A DNA stretch of 64,000 nucleotides from a virus. The position numbers were made by a program, and so were the translations under genes. Shown here in pieces: positions 62,904-64,000 of the stretch; positions within the stretch are counted from its first letter, which is position 1; each line of letters opens with the position of its first letter. The stretch is taken from IMG/VR virus record IMGVR_UViG_3300020595_000028, positions 4,955-68,954 of that record. The stretch is one strand, 5' to 3'. A model generated the notes under the pieces. It did no database searches. It worked only from the letters and a program-made list of their open reading frames with translations, and was not told the origin of the DNA.

Positions 62904-63230
62904 TTAGACAGGGGTGATTAAACCAATTGTTGATAGTACTTGTTCAATAAAGTACCTAGGGGCTTGTTGTGAGTGCCCACTGTTTAGAGCTGAGATGTGT
63001 TCTACCCTGTTGAGTATAGAGCCACTGAGGAAACGACCTCTGGTGCTTCTCTCAACAACATGTAACCACCCTTCACGAGCTTCTCCTGTATCAACAGGCG
63101 TTACTATCTTGAGTTGTGCGGTTGCGTAAAGTATGCGCTTTGTTATTTCAACGTTACCGAGTTTGAAAACCTCTCTCTCGACACGCTTCATTTCTTTCTC
63201 GAAGTTAACTACTTCCAAAGAGACTTTCAT
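62904..63230 (-). CDS. HK97 gp10-like neck/tail-completion protein
   Basis: TPVDTGEAR.GW, LN.GHSQQAP..FIE. Confidence 0.8.
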   Translation of the reverse strand: MKVSLEVVNFEKEMKRVEREVFKLGNVEITKRILYATAQLKIVTPVDTGEAREGWLHVVERSTRGRFLSGSILNRVEHISALNSGHSQQAPRYFIEQVLSTIGLITPV

Positions 63231-63574
63231 TTCTTCTCCATCCAAGGCGGTGTCCAGCCGGAACCATCCTTATCTGAGGAGGCCATCATCATTTCTAAGA
63301 ATTTACCTTTAGGTAGACTCTTAATTTCAGCTGGAATGTTATCTTTAAGTTGTTTAAGTGACGCAAACACAGTACCGGGTTCACCCTTGTAGCCTTGTGC
63401 TTGTAACAATAAAAATGTTCTTTGGTCTTCTCGCCAACCTAAAGGTCGCTTGTTGAAGAACTGCCCCCACCTCATAAGTTCCTCTTGTGGCATCTCTAAT
63501 AAGAGTTGATACACAGGAATCCCAAGGGCGAAGGCAATTTCATATAGAGACTCTTCGGAGTGAGTTAGTTTCCC
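63227..63574 (-). CDS. Tail assembly chaperone C-terminal part (gpT-like), reached by -1 frameshift
   Basis: The -1 frame after GGGAAAC reads LTHSEESLYEIAFALGIPVYQLL...W..FF..RP.GWREDQR. Confidence 0.75.
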   Translation of the reverse strand, partial: GKLTHSEESLYEIAFALGIPVYQLLLEMPQEELMRWGQFFNKRPLGWREDQRTFLLLQAQGYKGEPGTVFASLKQLKDNIPAEIKSLPKGKFLEMMMASSDKDGSGWTPPWMEKK

Positions 63575-63864
63575 TCAGTTCCTCCCAGGCCGGACACTCG
63601 CATAACATGCGTAGATAGTTCGGTAAGCTCAGCCAAAGGGAAGCTGTCGAAGTCTTCTGGGGATAGCTCTTCAGCCCCCACAACTGCGACTTTAATAATA
63701 TCACAAAGGAGTTTTAATTGAGCGTCGTCTGATTTAGACTTTTCAGCCTTAACAATCAGCTTCTGCAAATCCATAATTTTACCTACAGTCAATTTACGTA
63801 CTTCTACTTCGTCGCCCATGAAAGGGACTTTTTCGGATAGTTCTTTACCAACGAGATGTTTCAT
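63565..63864 (-). CDS. Tail assembly chaperone (gpG-like)
   Basis: 99 aa ending in GAG GGA AAC TAA slippery site; upstream of TMP. Confidence 0.8.
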   Translation of the reverse strand: MKHLVGKELSEKVPFMGDEVEVRKLTVGKIMDLQKLIVKAEKSKSDDAQLKLLCDIIKVAVVGAEELSPEDFDSFPLAELTELSTHVMRVSGLGGTEGN

Positions 63865-63876
63865 TGTAGTTGTTCC

Positions 63877-64000
63877 TTAATCTAATTTATCTTTTTCTGA
63901 GAATAGGTCAGAGTTGTTTGCTTGAAAGTCATCCAATAACTTGCGGACAGTGTGCAGTACAGAAAGGGTTTCCATAATCTCACGGCCAACAGCTGACTCA
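63877..64000 (-). CDS. Partial CDS (3' end), hypothetical
   Basis: Open frame ...GREIMETLSVLHTVRKLLDDFQANNSDLFSEKDKLD*. Confidence 0.5.
   Translation of the reverse strand, partial: ESAVGREIMETLSVLHTVRKLLDDFQANNSDLFSEKDKLD

Noticed and set aside
399-63392. All plus-strand ORFs in the track
   Set aside because: They are antisense shadows of well-supported minus-strand genes, with no recognisable motifs.

Overview
This window is a 64-kb piece of a tailed phage genome with a long-tailed (siphovirus-type) morphogenesis module and T7-like replication and transcription genes. The host is probably a marine alphaproteobacterium (Rhodobacteraceae), inferred from RcGTA-like head-spike and holin genes, DUF1127 and a class II RNR. 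Essentially all real genes lie on the minus strand. In transcription order (64000->1) they are: tail chaperones (-1 frameshift), tape measure, early/host-takeover region, T7-like RNA polymerase, SSB, DNA polymerase A, a repeat-rich accessory cluster, exonuclease, primase-helicase, class II RNR, SbmA/ClpP cluster, terminase, histone-like protein, head spike and fibres, PhoH, tail tip, holin/endolysin and portal. The main finding is absent from the ORF track. An ORF of at least 1124 codons (3373->1, running off the window) directly after the portal gene fuses a MuF/SPP1-gp7 head-morphogenesis domain to a SECOND T7-like single-subunit RNA polymerase, making it a candidate virion-packaged RNAP. 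Two distinct repeated promoter-like motifs (3 copies in the early region, 5 before middle/late operons) fit a two-polymerase transcription cascade. Other notable items are a candidate small RNA between tandem promoters, a promoter/G-quadruplex/AT-rich origin candidate, long G.U-rich RNA hairpins, a six-member hypervariable Ala-rich mini-gene family and an early operon of secreted proteins. All assignments come from motif reading; no searches were run.
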